The position numbers were made by a program, and so were the translations under genes. A stretch of DNA of 63,669 bases, counting the filler, from Saprolegnia diclina VS20 (taxonomy: Eukaryota), in the NCBI RefSeq assembly GCF_000281045.1. It is 11 parts of 11 records of this genome, joined end to end, with 100 filler letters (N's around TTAATTAATTAA, not from the genome) between each part and the next. Parts side by side here need not be neighbours in the genome. Positions count along the whole stretch, not along the records: positions 31,739 to 37,398 come from NW_008246303.1; positions 37,499 to 45,584 come from NW_008246304.1; positions 45,685 to 53,235 come from NW_008246305.1; 8 more parts are not named here. One strand, written 5' to 3'. This document shows positions 35,341-47,310 of this stretch, piece by piece (the first letter of the stretch is position 1; each line of letters begins with the position of its first letter). The notes beneath the pieces are model-generated. The model had not been told where the DNA came from. It worked only from the letters and a program-made list of their open reading frames with translations, and ran no database searches.

Positions 35341-37499
35341 CTTGGGCGAGCCGCGTGATCGCGTTGCCCACACGTCGGTGAAGCTGCACTAGCCGGTGGG
35401 AGCCGAGAGACTGATACCGATACGTGTAGCGCCAACTGAAAAGTGGTTGCTGTCAGCTGCACAACCCCGCAGGTGTCGAGAAAACTGCAGCAGTGGCACC
35501 CGATGTGCCCATCACGTCCGCGCTTGTTGGAGCTGTCGCATGTAACCAGGTTATGTACCTCTGCCCGTAACCAAGTGATGCCCGCTGCTACGTCGGCCAA
35601 GCGTAGCCACGAGAGCAGTGGTAGGATGTCCTTGCGGAAGTGTGAATGTTTGAACGACTCGCCGCTCGAAAAAGACAAGACGTGTAAGACGTCCGTCTGC
35701 CGAGAGAGGTTGGAGGCTCATCTTCTCGAGGCCGAGTGGGCAGCAGCTACCGCATTAATCCTTCTCTAAAAAATCGTCGGTGCAGATTGGCGTGGTGCCG
35801 GCAGGTACAGTCCCTTCCCATTGACGTTTGCATCAGAACCATCAAGTCGGTTCTTGACAAAAATGCTTGACAGCATGTCATCATACCGCCCTCCACTCGT
35901 GTGAAGATGCACACAGACCAAGAAGCGTTTGCCTCAATCACGTCCGAAACGCCTTGACAGTCAGTGGCGAATAACTCGGCCGCGCCCGAAGACGCAACCA
36001 CGAGTCACCGCATCGTCATGACTGGAGAGGCATTCGACAGTCATTGGAGCCCTTCCACAGTCGTTGGAATCTCCCACAGTCCTCTCCCATGCTCCTCCTG
36101 GTCGTCCTCGACGCTGAAATCGCTCCGGACATTTGCGGACGAAACGTACGGACAAAAGTTTCTGTCCACTTGTTTTGCCGTGTACGTCCGTGTCCAGTCC
36201 GATATTTATCCCAACTTATTCTGTCCGTCCATGTCCGTCCGGTATCCAGAGGCGCCTCGCCATGTCCGTCCGTGTACGTAAAAACGGACGGACACCGACG
36301 TACAGCTTCAGACGTACCAAGGGATATAATATTAATAACTAGAGATATGACATCCCTTGAGACGTACGGACTGGACGACTTTGCAGATCTCTGCCTCTTG
36401 TCGTACTACTCGATGACGGTGCTTTGGGACGTGACCAACTTGATGCGCGCGGAGCCCGTGACGCCAGGGTGCAGAGCTGTTGGCGCGGAGGTACATCGGT
36501 ACGGGATACCCGATCTTAATCGGCTGCGGACTCGCACGGTTAGCAGCAACCAGCACCGACGAGCGCCGCGATGAGCGAGACCATGGTGTCGGCTGTTGGA
36601 GTGAGAATGAGGATGAGTGCTCCTATGGTGCTTTCATGAGGAGGAGCGAGACACGAGGCCGCCGCCTCGGAGGTCCACGGAGACCGAACGGTGGAGTACG
36701 ACATGGACCGTTCCGGACATCAAGTTCACACAATTCAGTCAATCCAGAAGTTGGTCGTATTATTAGTCGAGAGACACTGCCGTGCCTCTACGGAGTCGAC
36801 TAAACGACTAGTATACTGACTAGGCTACTAAACCACTAAACCGAGGGAAAAACCTCTACTGTAGTAGCCCCTGGAGATGAAAAACCTTGGAGCGACAACA
36901 CACCAAGACCGGGTGTTGCGCTATCTACGAGCGTGGAGCAGAGATCCGGAGATCACATACTCCAACACGGGAGGCGCACGTGGAAAAATCAAAAGTGAAC
37001 TCGTTGGCGATGCGCAAGCAACTGGGTTGTTCAAAGGTTCAAGGCCGGAATATACTATAATAGTATGAGCTCCTGTATGACGGTTGAAGCGGGAATGCCG
37101 GACACACATGGAGCGCACCCGTTATTTGCACGGGCCCAGTCACGGGCACATACTAGTGACGTGCGGTTAGGTAGTACAGATAGCAATTCTTGATTGTAGT
37201 ATGTTTAATTGCACTTCCTTGTGCAAGTACTAGTAGTATCCCCCAACTGAGCTGGCTTAGATCTGCGGCACGAGCTCGATACGCTGGTTGTCGTTGCCGG
37301 CAATGCACGTCCACGTTTGCACGTTGTGGTGCGGGTCCGTCGGGTCCACGTCCAGGCACTGCCCCGTATGGGTCGCGTGCTCGACCTTGCCGTTGGTGNN
37401 NNNNNNNNNNNNNNNNNNNNNNNNNNNNNNNNNNNNNNNNNNTTAATTAATTAANNNNNNNNNNNNNNNNNNNNNNNNNNNNNNNNNNNNNNNNNNNNG

Positions 37500-37649
37500 A
37501 CGACGATCGTGATTGCGCACCGCCTCTCGACGATCCGGAACGCCGACAAGATCTGCGTCGTGAGCGGCGGCCGCATCGCAGAGCAAGGCACACACGACGA
37601 GCTCATGCGTCTCAACGGCATCTACACGCGACTTAGTTTGCAGAGATAG
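37500..37649 (+). CDS. ABCB (MDR/P-glycoprotein) transporter, C-terminal end
   Basis: [45 protein letters not shown] is the H-loop and end of an ABCB nucleotide-binding domain. Confidence 0.9.
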   Translation, partial: TTIVIAHRLSTIRNADKICVVSGGRIAEQGTHDELMRLNGIYTRLSLQR

Positions 37650-37777
37650 ATCCAAGTCTCAACACAATCTAATCGACTACCATACCATTGATTTGTATTG
37701 AGTTGTACAACAGTCTGCAGAAGATAGAGGCTTTATCGTATTCTTGGTTGGAGCAATTCTTAAAGCAATGAGTTGGT

Positions 37778-38115
37778 GCCTTCGTGGACCCAGTGGCGGA
37801 CACCCAGGTTTGCTCTCGCCCATAGTCTGCTCGTGTGGCTCACCTCGGCGCTATTGGCTACGCTGACTCCAGTCCAAGCCACCATCTCAGTCGACCCCAT
37901 TTGTTCGTCTGTCTCGCTCGACCAACAAGTACAGTGTGTGGTGGGCACTGTCTACATTGGATCTGTGGCGCGGCTACTGCTACTGATTGGGGTCGTCGTC
38001 GGCTGCAACGGCGTCTGCTACAGTGTCGCTCGCCGGCGCTTCCCGCACGATACGGGCGTGCGGTCGCCCTCGCTCCTGCTCTGCAGTGGTGCCACGTATC
38101 TCTTGAAACACAACT
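37778..38115 (+). pseudogene. Duplicated ~335-bp fragment of the 3' part of the large membrane-protein gene
   Basis: Near-identical to ~42945-43280 (WTQWRTPRF...ATYLLKHN). Confidence 0.85.
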
Positions 38116-38291
38116 TCGTTTTAAGATACTTCGTTCCTTAGGCTAGGTAGAGACCAGCGAGAGACAGTTTCTTGCAGCGATGACGTGGCAGTCTACGACG
38201 CAAGCGTCGTTTCAGACGAAACCGCCAGCTTCGGGTGGCCGTTAGTTGAGACAGCAATCGTGCCTCTTGGAACCGACGGGCTTCTAACATC

Positions 38292-41200
38292 ATGCGTGTC
38301 CATCCGGCAGGGGACATGACGTCGATCCGGCGCTCCTTTGTGCCTCTTGTCGTGGCCAGTCTTTGGTTCGTAGCAAGTGTGGCACTCAGCTTTCACTACC
38401 TCGGTGTTGTGCAGCCACTGCTTGCTAGCGACCTTCTCTGGCTCGATTACAATACAACGGGGTATCAGGCGTTCGTCATTGACCTGCTCAATCAAGTACT
38501 CGAGACCGCCCCCGACGCGTCCACCGTCGATATCGGCGCGGTGGCCATCGAAAGATCGTACGCACTTCCGGTGATCGAAACCATCGTCCACCCAACGTAT
38601 GCAATGTCCCTCTTGACGGCCAAGCTTACTGGTTTGGACTACGCGATCGCGAGTCTTCGCAACACCACTATCGAGAAGCTGCTCTCGCTTCCAACGCAGT
38701 ACTGCTATGTCGACTTTGCCCGAGTCTTTGAGATGGCCCACACGGCAGAGCGCCAAGCTCGATGCAACACCCAGTATACAGCCAATGGTGCCGTGTATCT
38801 TGACGCCATTTTGCGCAACACGGACGGGCACGTATTTCTCAAAGCGTTTGGCGGCCCCAACAGTCCCTTGTCAGTGGCTCTACTCCACGACCTTGAAGCC
38901 TCAACTGTAGGCCAACTCTGGTTACAGGCAGTCGCGTCGGTGGCCACAACCGTATCCCAAGAAGCTTTTCTGTGGCAGTCGCACGGTATCACCAACTTTC
39001 GCTACCAGTGGCAAAATCGGCATCTCCCGGGCTTGGTCGAAACGGCGACGCTCGTCAACGCGCTTGGGCTCATCGAGTCCGTATCGCTTAAGAGTATCGC
39101 ATACAGCGAGGGTCCCGGGACGTCAAGTGTCTTTAGCAGTGCGTTCTCCTTGGGTGTCGAGTACGCTGGTCACTGCAACAAGAGCCTTCTCCGCAGCACG
39201 TCTGAGCATGCTTGGAAAGGGCCGTGTGCTACCTTGGAGAGTTATGCGACCAAATTGCCTCTTACCATTCAACAGACTTTGCTCCGGAATGCTCTTGGAC
39301 CATTCTTCACGATCGACCTCTACGTTGTCCCGCCGCCCCGCTCTCTTGTCTCACTTGCGACAGTCCTGTCGGCGACGATCTTGGATGCACTCGACGACAC
39401 GACCGCCGAGGCTTTTCATTCTATTGAAGCACTCTTTGCAACTCCAACACCGCCAGCTTGGTCCATGAACGATCTTGTGTTTTATGGCGGGAACCCGTTT
39501 TGTCTCGATGGAGCGACGTCAAATATGTACTCACTTGCATCATTTTTAACCACGGATGCGTGCCTCACGCCCATCGGCTCGTATGTGTTTATCGATTCGC
39601 GACCCATGCTCATGGCGCTTGCGCTTGTCAACGACTCGATCGACAGTATTTGCGCGCTGAGTGCTTCTATGTCAGACTGGTGCTCGTCGTCGCTGCACCA
39701 AGCGACCGTGCTCCACCCAAAGTTGCATGTCGATCCACACCACGTGCAAGCCGCCATGACCGCGCTTTCGAGCCTCAATGTGGGACTCGTTCAGTTTGCC
39801 TCGGATCTCAACCAAACCGCATGGATGCTGCTGGTGCAGCCCCTTTTAGAGCCGCCATTTTCCTTCTATGGCTGGACCCTGCTCTTCGAGTGGGTGGCGG
39901 GCGTCCGTGAGGTTGTGTCACTTGAAGGTGATACGGGAACGCTTGTTTTGATCTCGGAGGCATACGATACGATACCAACGACTTCTCCGGCGTCTCGTTC
40001 GTTGAGCCGCGCTTCCATGGGTGTCTACTACCTTGTCGTGTATATGACATTGGTCATGAGTGGATTGGCTCTAGTGTGCACGCTGTTTGCTATCGCGCAC
40101 CGACAGCATGAATCCGCCATGAACATTGTCTTCTTCTGGCGCGTTGCGGCGTCCACGTGGCTGGGTCGCCCCCTGCTTCTATTGCGAGGCATGGTAGCAA
40201 TCGTGTTGCTCAGCTCAGCGCCGATCCGCATCACCCGCTCACACAATCTGTACACGCAGCTTGAGCTTCCGAACCGATCGGCCGTCGAGACCTGTGCCTT
40301 GTCGTGGGAGGCCACCTACGTCGGCTACGTTTTTCACGAACTTCTTTTGCCGCTGACACACCGCGGTGCGCACGCGGCTGCGATCTTGAGCACAAGTCTA
40401 CTGACCCTTGTGTACATACTTGTCGCTATGTTCTGGCCCGTCTCTGTTGTGACCTCGATTGAGCGTGTCTGTGCTCCGCAAGACGCTACTGGTGTCATTA
40501 GCATTAGCTGCATCAGTGCTACCGTCGCCATTGGAAGCGGCCACCGCCTCTTGCTTTTGGTAGCTCTTGCCTGTAGCATGATTGTGCTCTTGACGGTTTT
40601 CTGCCGTTGGACTAAGGATACTGTGCTGGCTTCGCAGACATCGCTGCTTGTGCCTGGTTCAGGCCTTGCCTTCTTCAGTCAGCGCCATGAAGTACTGACA
40701 GGCGGAGCAGAAGGCATTTGCATGGGTCTCATCCATGGACGAAATGGGCTCATCTTTGACGTCAAGTTGTGGACTCTCATTCGACCGACGACTCTCGACT
40801 CACTGTCGCCCGTCTTGCCCTTTTATGGCCCTTCTACTGTCAGTGCCCCGAAATCTGGACCTCGGGAGTGTTTCCGAGGCATTTGGCGACGGAAGGCGTT
40901 GTTTTGGCTCCTGGCTGGTGCACTTTACGTCAGTCTGGACATTAGCAGCAGTATTTCATACCTCGACGTTGTGGAATCCACGCTCCAGAATGACCTCATT
41001 TGGCCTCGCTTTAGCATGGCGGGGTCGCATGTTTTGCTGGCCAACTACCTCAAAGAGCAGTCGCAGCTGCGTCGTATGGACACCACGCTCGATCGCATTA
41101 ATGGTCTTGGCGCGTTCGATGCCGCGCACGCAACGCTTGTGTCGCCAATACAACAAGGCGCAAAAGTCCAGTACGCGTCCTTGACCTCACTCCACGATGC

Positions 41201-43487
41201 TATCTCGGGACTGCGCAACGTCAGCAGCGCTACTGGTGTAAACGTTTTCTCCCAGTATTGCTACCTCGACTTTGAACGAAAATGGGAAATGGCCAACTCG
41301 ATCCGGCGCCAAAACCGATGTGAATCGATGGTTCATAACGGCGCTGTCTTCCTCGCCTCGCTCTTGCGGAACGTCAACATCACCAAGGATTGGGCTGCAG
41401 AATTTGAGATTGCCTTTGCGTCCGACCTGCGGCATTCGACCGCTGGCCAAGCTTTTCTGTCGACCATCTACCCGCCGTACCTCGAGCTAGACGACGAGGT
41501 CGCGTATTGGTCGTCCAAGAACATCACCTCGTACAAGCTCCAGTGGCAAAACTACAAGTCAATCGGGTTTGCCAGCTCGTATCAAATGGTGAATGCGTAT
41601 GGCGCAGCCTACGCCTTCACGCTAGAGTCCACGGTGAGCGTTTTCCGCTTGACAAGTGCAACTTCGTACACGATGTACTGGGCGTTGGACAACGACCTAA
41701 GGGGCGTGTCGTCGAACCGGACTCGCATGAGCGGACTTGGCCTTCTACGCGCCAGTAGTCGCTTTGCCTTCCAAAACATATCACTGCAAGACGTGTTAAT
41801 TGAAGATGGGTATTTGCCGCAACCGCCATGGAGTGCCACGTACGACCTCGTGGCGTCGCATCTCGGTCCGTTTGGGTCCATCGACATGGTGTTCGTCCCG
41901 CCACCTTTCGTGCTGCGTCAAGCGATCGCTGCCTTCAATCGCGTCATGGCAGACGCCCGACAAGCGCACACGGCGGCTTACATGAGCATCCCGGCCACGC
42001 ACGCCGTGCAGCCTGCGCCACGCACATGGAAGCACGTTCTCTGGGCCGTGGCTGGCTCGCTATTGTGTCCTGACCAGCCGGCCATCCACCTCGTTCGCCT
42101 CGAAACGCTCACGGGTGCCGATCGCTACGACGCTACGTGCACCGACAGTCGCCAACGTGTTGGTCTCGTGCCATCCCGCAACCAATATCTCTTTGCAACG
42201 TCCGTGGCCAACCTCTCAGCATCAATGACCGACGTCGCTGCACTCTGCGCACTCGACAGTAATCTCTCGACGTGCATGGATGGCGTCCAGAAAAGTGTTG
42301 CGTTCCTATCGCTGGTCCCCCGACTTCCGAACGATCGTCAAACGTTGGTTGATGCCGTGGACGATCTGTTCATTGAATGGGTGCAGTTTGGTCAAGAGAA
42401 CGAAGCGGCTTCCGTGGCGCTGTACCATACACGGCTGCTCGACCCGTCAGATGCGAGCTTTGACTACTTTGCTTGGCTCTTCTTCTACGATTGGGTGCTG
42501 GGGCGCCGTGAAGTCATTTCGTTTCAAGGGGACCGCGGCACGCTCACTGTCATGGGCGACACGCTACCCGACCAGATGCACGCTGTGGATGCCTCGCAGG
42601 TACACACCGTCTTTGCCCTCTACGCGCGGTATGCGGTGCAGTACGTCACAAGCTCCATCTTGGCGCTCGCGATGCTCTCTCTTGTCTACTTGGTGTTAGC
42701 AAAAGGCGCGATTGAAGGGCGCAATCTCCTCAAGCTCAGTCGCATCGGTGGCTTTGTCTGGGTCGGACGGCCCCTCATTGGCCTTCGCAGCATCACCGCC
42801 CTCGGTCTTCTCTCAACGGCCTCCATCGAGCTTGTTACCGCTGACCAGCTGAGCTATTTCGCACCGCGACCGATCCCTTGGTACACGACGTGCCTCGCCG
42901 CCAACGAAGTCACGTGGCTGGTCAATATCGTGAGTGACTTGATGCTTCCGTGGACCCAGTGGCGGACACCCAGGTTTGCTCTCGCCCATAGTCTGCTCGT
43001 GTGGCTCACCTCGGCGCTATTGGCTACGCTGACTCCAGTCCAAGCCACCATCTCAGTCGACCCCATTTGTTCGTCTGTCTCGCTCGACCAACAAGTACAG
43101 TGTGTGGTGGGCACTGTCTACATTGGATCTGTGGCGCGGCTACTGCTACTGATTGGGGTCGTCGTCGGCTGCAACGGCGTCTGCTACAGTGTCGCTCGCT
43201 GGCGCTTCCCGCACGATACGGGCGTGCGGTCGCCCTCGCTCCTGCTCTGCAGTGGTGCCACGTATCTCTTGAAACACAACGACTGGATCCAAGACAACGT
43301 GTACTACATGGATCGCGCGTCGGCTGCGCTAAACGGGCTCCTGAGTGTGCAATGGCGCAGCGATACGTTCTACGTGCTCGACGTCAAGGCGTGGCGATTG
43401 CATCGACTAGCCCATGCCAAGGGGACCCTCAGTAACGACGCTCGCCTGCGTCGCGCGTTGCCCTTGGCAGCGACGATACATCCATAG
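38292..43487 (+). CDS. Large (1731 aa) multi-pass membrane protein made of two homologous halves
   Basis: Uninterrupted ORF. Repeated motifs: QYCY(V/L)DF...EMA....RQ.RC...NGAV.L...LRN, QWQN, LGPF..ID...VPPP, W...F.WV.G.REV.S..GD.GTL, W.GRPL..LR and DVK.W. Confidence 0.9.
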   Translation: MRVHPAGDMTSIRRSFVPLVVASLWFVASVALSFHYLGVVQPLLASDLLWLDYNTTGYQAFVIDLLNQVLETAPDASTVDIGAVAIERSYALPVIETIVHPTYAMSLLTAKLTGLDYAIASLRNTTIEKLLSLPTQYCYVDFARVFEMAHTAERQARCNTQYTANGAVYLDAILRNTDGHVFLKAFGGPNSPLSVALLHDLEASTVGQLWLQAVASVATTVSQEAFLWQSHGITNFRYQWQNRHLPGLVETATLVNALGLIESVSLKSIAYSEGPGTSSVFSSAFSLGVEYAGHCNKSLLRSTSEHAWKGPCATLESYATKLPLTIQQTLLRNALGPFFTIDLYVVPPPRSLVSLATVLSATILDALDDTTAEAFHSIEALFATPTPPAWSMNDLVFYGGNPFCLDGATSNMYSLASFLTTDACLTPIGSYVFIDSRPMLMALALVNDSIDSICALSASMSDWCSSSLHQATVLHPKLHVDPHHVQAAMTALSSLNVGLVQFASDLNQTAWMLLVQPLLEPPFSFYGWTLLFEWVAGVREVVSLEGDTGTLVLISEAYDTIPTTSPASRSLSRASMGVYYLVVYMTLVMSGLALVCTLFAIAHRQHESAMNIVFFWRVAASTWLGRPLLLLRGMVAIVLLSSAPIRITRSHNLYTQLELPNRSAVETCALSWEATYVGYVFHELLLPLTHRGAHAAAILSTSLLTLVYILVAMFWPVSVVTSIERVCAPQDATGVISISCISATVAIGSGHRLLLLVALACSMIVLLTVFCRWTKDTVLASQTSLLVPGSGLAFFSQRHEVLTGGAEGICMGLIHGRNGLIFDVKLWTLIRPTTLDSLSPVLPFYGPSTVSAPKSGPRECFRGIWRRKALFWLLAGALYVSLDISSSISYLDVVESTLQNDLIWPRFSMAGSHVLLANYLKEQSQLRRMDTTLDRINGLGAFDAAHATLVSPIQQGAKVQYASLTSLHDAISGLRNVSSATGVNVFSQYCYLDFERKWEMANSIRRQNRCESMVHNGAVFLASLLRNVNITKDWAAEFEIAFASDLRHSTAGQAFLSTIYPPYLELDDEVAYWSSKNITSYKLQWQNYKSIGFASSYQMVNAYGAAYAFTLESTVSVFRLTSATSYTMYWALDNDLRGVSSNRTRMSGLGLLRASSRFAFQNISLQDVLIEDGYLPQPPWSATYDLVASHLGPFGSIDMVFVPPPFVLRQAIAAFNRVMADARQAHTAAYMSIPATHAVQPAPRTWKHVLWAVAGSLLCPDQPAIHLVRLETLTGADRYDATCTDSRQRVGLVPSRNQYLFATSVANLSASMTDVAALCALDSNLSTCMDGVQKSVAFLSLVPRLPNDRQTLVDAVDDLFIEWVQFGQENEAASVALYHTRLLDPSDASFDYFAWLFFYDWVLGRREVISFQGDRGTLTVMGDTLPDQMHAVDASQVHTVFALYARYAVQYVTSSILALAMLSLVYLVLAKGAIEGRNLLKLSRIGGFVWVGRPLIGLRSITALGLLSTASIELVTADQLSYFAPRPIPWYTTCLAANEVTWLVNIVSDLMLPWTQWRTPRFALAHSLLVWLTSALLATLTPVQATISVDPICSSVSLDQQVQCVVGTVYIGSVARLLLLIGVVVGCNGVCYSVARWRFPHDTGVRSPSLLLCSGATYLLKHNDWIQDNVYYMDRASAALNGLLSVQWRSDTFYVLDVKAWRLHRLAHAKGTLSNDARLRRALPLAATIHP

Positions 43488-44223
43488 CTTGTCCGACTTG
43501 TCTCTTTCAAAAGTACACTGGACACGAGCGAAACCAAATCCAGTTAATATACGAGGACCGGTATGTTGAGTGCTCGTAGAAGCACCCGGTCGTGCAGTGT
43601 GGCACGGGTTGGCATCACGCCGACATCTGCAGCGATGACGCTACATCGATAGGCAGCAATCGGGAGTTCACCCCGCATGCATTCCGTCCCATGATCGTGG
43701 TAAGAGTTGGAAGAACCACCAACGCTCTCGTTGTCGGCGCCCAACGACGTTCGTCGCGCCATCTGATCCTGCTTGTGGACGGTTAGCTAATCGTTGAGGA
43801 CGCAAGCGATCCTTGTACTGACTGGTATCGTCGTTATAGCACCCTCGCGCTAGCGCTAGAAGCTCCATTCTAGGCTCTTGCTACACTGGCATCCGATATC
43901 TATGCAAGCAAGGGTATCGAATTAGGGGCCAAGTGCGTGGCTACTTGGACGACCGTTGGCATCACGTGGCGTCTAGAAAGGGCAATCGCGCTGATCATTG
44001 CAGCCAGATCGGGACCATAAACTTCGGATTACACGCTTCGAAACCATTTACCTCTCAACATCCATATATTGAAATCGCATACGAACTTGTTATTTGTAGT
44101 CTTCAAACCTTCCAGAATAGATATATTGACCGTGTCATGCCCAAACGCAGCTCGAAGTTCAAGAACGAAGCATTGGCGATCTTCCGCAAATGGCAACTTG
44201 GTTGCCATTCTCACATTGGCAGC

Positions 44224-45584
44224 ATGGACGACAAGCAGCCGGACGCCAAGGACAACTACCACGTCGTCGAGACGCCGCGTGACGGCAAGGACCCGGCGAT
44301 CGAGGTCGACGCCAAGCCCACGCCGGACGACGACGCCAGCGAGCACGCGTTCTCGTTCTTTGCGCTCTACCGGTACGCCGACAAGACGGACGCGGTCCTG
44401 ATGGTCATTGGCATGGCGCTCTCGATCGTCAACGGCGTCGTCTTCCCGCTCATGGCGATCCTCTTTGGGAATGCCATCAACTATTTTTCCCCATATGACC
44501 AAGATGGCATCAACGAGACGTGCCTCAACTACCTCATCCTCGCGATCGTCATTTTCGTCGCGGGCTACGGCTCGTACACGTGCTTTGCGATTACGGCCGA
44601 GCGCCAAATGCGGTCGCTGCGCCGCGAAGTCCTCAAGCACATCATGTACCAAGAGATTGGGTGGTACGACCAGCGCGACGCCAGCGAGCTCGCTTCGCGC
44701 ATCTCCGGCGATACCGTCAAGATCAAGGAAGGCATGGCGTCCAAGCTCGGCGAAGCCGTTCAGTTCACGTGCCAGTTTGTCAGTGGGTACATCATTGGCT
44801 TTGTCAAGGGCTGGAACGTCGCGCTCGTCATGTGCGCGGTCATGCCCATGATGGCGATCACCATGACGTTCCTCATCAAGCGCCTCCGCGACTCGACCGC
44901 GCAGAGCCAGCGCGCGTACGCCGCCGCCGGTGCCGTCGCCGAAGAGACCATCGGCGCGATCCGCACGGTTGCGTCGCTCAACGGCGAGCCGCGTGCGGTC
45001 AAAAAGTACGACGAGATCGTGCACAAGGCCGAGGCCGAGACGCTGGGCCTCGCGCGCTTTGTCTCGTTTTCGTTTGGCTGGTTCATGATGAGCATCTGGC
45101 TCACGTACGCGATCGGTCTTTGGTTCGGTGGCTACCTCCTCTCGGACCAGAACGACGCGATCCGGACGCCGGGCTCTGTCTTCTCGGCCTTCTACGGCAT
45201 TCTCTTTGGTACGATGGCGGTCTCGCAGATCTCGCCCAACATCTCGGCCGTCGCGTCGGCAAAAGGCGCCGCCACCGAGATCTTCAAGATCCTCGCGCGC
45301 CCGTCCAAGATCAACGCGGCCAACCTCGAGGGCGACGTGCCACCGTACTGCAACGGCAAGGTCGAGGCTCGCGATCTCGTGTTCTCGTACCCGACGCGCC
45401 CAGAAGACATTGTCCTGCGCGGCTACTCGCTCACGATCGAACAAGGCCAGACGGTCGCGCTTGTCGGCTCGTCCGGCTCGGGCAAGAGCACGCTTGTCGC
45501 CCTCCTTGAGCGCTTTTACGAACCCACGAGCGGCCAGATCCTCCTCGACGGCCGCGACATCTCGTCGCTCCAGCTCAAGTGGCT
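44224..45584 (+). CDS. ABCB (MDR/P-glycoprotein) transporter, N-terminal half, truncated by scaffold end
   Basis: [38 protein letters not shown], Walker [10 protein letters not shown] and [15 protein letters not shown]. Confidence 0.95.
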
Positions 45585-45684
45585 NNNNNNNNNNNNNNNN
45601 NNNNNNNNNNNNNNNNNNNNNNNNNNNNTTAATTAATTAANNNNNNNNNNNNNNNNNNNNNNNNNNNNNNNNNNNNNNNNNNNN

Positions 45685-45756
45685 TGTGGTCTCGGCGCGG
45701 CGCCGGAAGCCATCTCGACGCCGTTCATTACCCCGAGCTGCAACAACGCGCTCTAG
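45685..45756 (+). CDS. SUEL lectin paralog, 3' end only
   Basis: CGLGAAPEAISTPFITPSCNNAL*. Confidence 0.7.
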   Translation, partial: CGLGAAPEAISTPFITPSCNNAL

Positions 45757-46039
45757 TCGGCTCGTCAATCCATGTCGCTGGCACTCATATTTCATGCGTC
45801 CTGCCAGATTGCGAACAATCGATGTTTTAAGGATGTAACTAATTGGTTTCGTGTCGTGACGGAGCCTTGTGTTTCAGTCTTGCTGTGGCTGCGGAGCAAT
45901 GAATGCTAATTTTGCTGACAGATTTTGAATGCAAACTTGCGGGAATTCGTTGATACGAAGTGCAGCACAAGGTTTAAGGTTGTAATTAGCTATTGCAATG
46001 CGTGCACTTTGCGTGTTTGTTTTCAATGAGCCCTTTATT

Positions 46040-47310
46040 ATCCTGCATTACTGGATTTGATTAGAATAAAGCTTCTCCTTCGCCATGACGTCTCTGGTAA
46101 TGAACCTTGCTACTTAAGAGGTGGCTGATGTCGGCGTGACAAGCGTGTGGGTAACAATGTAGCGCGCACACCGTGGTTCTTGAAACAGTCAACGTAACGA
46201 CCGACGAGCTGATCAGCTTTGGGTCGCCGGGCAGCATGGAGCAGCGGACTAGCGTAGCNNNNNNNNNNNNNNNNNNNNNNNNNNNNNNNNNNNNNNNNNN
46301 NNNNNNNNNNNNNNNNNNNNNNNNNNNNNNNNNNNNNNNNNNNNNNNNNNNNNNNNNNTGGTCGCGACCAGACGCGGGCCGATGCATACATTGTCCGAGT
46401 CGTGGCAATCTTGGATGGTTTCTCGTATTTTTCGAGATATGCCGGTCTTGGTTTATGTATGAGTTGATCAATTAACCTGGGTCGAACGTGCCAACCTATC
46501 ACTAAGCTGTGGAGAGAAAGTCGTAAGATGAGAGTGCGCACACCGTGGTTCTTGAAACAGTCAACGTAACGACCGACGAGCTGATCAGCTTTGGGTCGCC
46601 GGGCAGCATGGAGCAGCGGACTAGCGTAGCTGCCTTGACTTGGGCGGCGTCGGGCTGAGTGACGCACGAAATACTCGGTCGTTGCGCTCAAGCAACCAGA
46701 CGCATACGCGTAAGATGGGCCATAGCATCGCGATGGTCGATTGGTGCTGGGATATCGAGGTTGCAGGCTCGTAGTAGAGATAGCCGACTAACGTTCGCGG
46801 AAGGCGCATCTGAAGACGGCGACGTAGCAGCGTAAACGCGTTCCATACCGTCTTGATGTTGCGGCACTCGACTAGCGAGTGCTTGTACGATTCGACAGAC
46901 TCAGCGCAAAAGAGGCAAGTACAATGGGATGGAGCCAAGAAGTGGAGACGGCTACGCACCGCTACCGCCCTTCGAGTCACTCTCTAGACGAAGTCGCCGG
47001 ATCGAGGCAGTACGTTCTCTGGCCAGACGGAGAGGAACGAGAGCCGCCGCGTGAGCTTCGTCTGTGTAGTAGTCGTCTGGGACCTCGAGGTGACTGCGCG
47101 GTAGCTGTTGCTAGATCAAAGGTCTGGGGCAATTGCTTGCCAAGTGTTGCGGTGCTTGCAGAAGAAACAGCACCACCGAGCCAAGCTACACGAGTCATGA
47201 TGGACCTGCTGCCGGGAGCTGATCTGTCGAACCTTGCGGCCCAGTTGAGCCACTCGGCAGACCACTGCTGCGAGTTGTCGTATCCATCGATCAGGTACAC
47301 CTTGGGGTAG
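46040..47310 (-). pseudogene. Degraded non-LTR retrotransposon 3' region (zf-RVT), duplicate of the 5780-6650 remnant
   Basis: CTCLFCAESVESYKHSLVECRNIKTVW and VCVWLLERNDRVFRA. Confidence 0.7.

Noticed and set aside
46147..46630. Local duplication and inverted lectin-promoter fragment (46359-46470) around a gap
   Set aside because: Adjacent to a 100-N gap; cannot be distinguished from mis-scaffolding.
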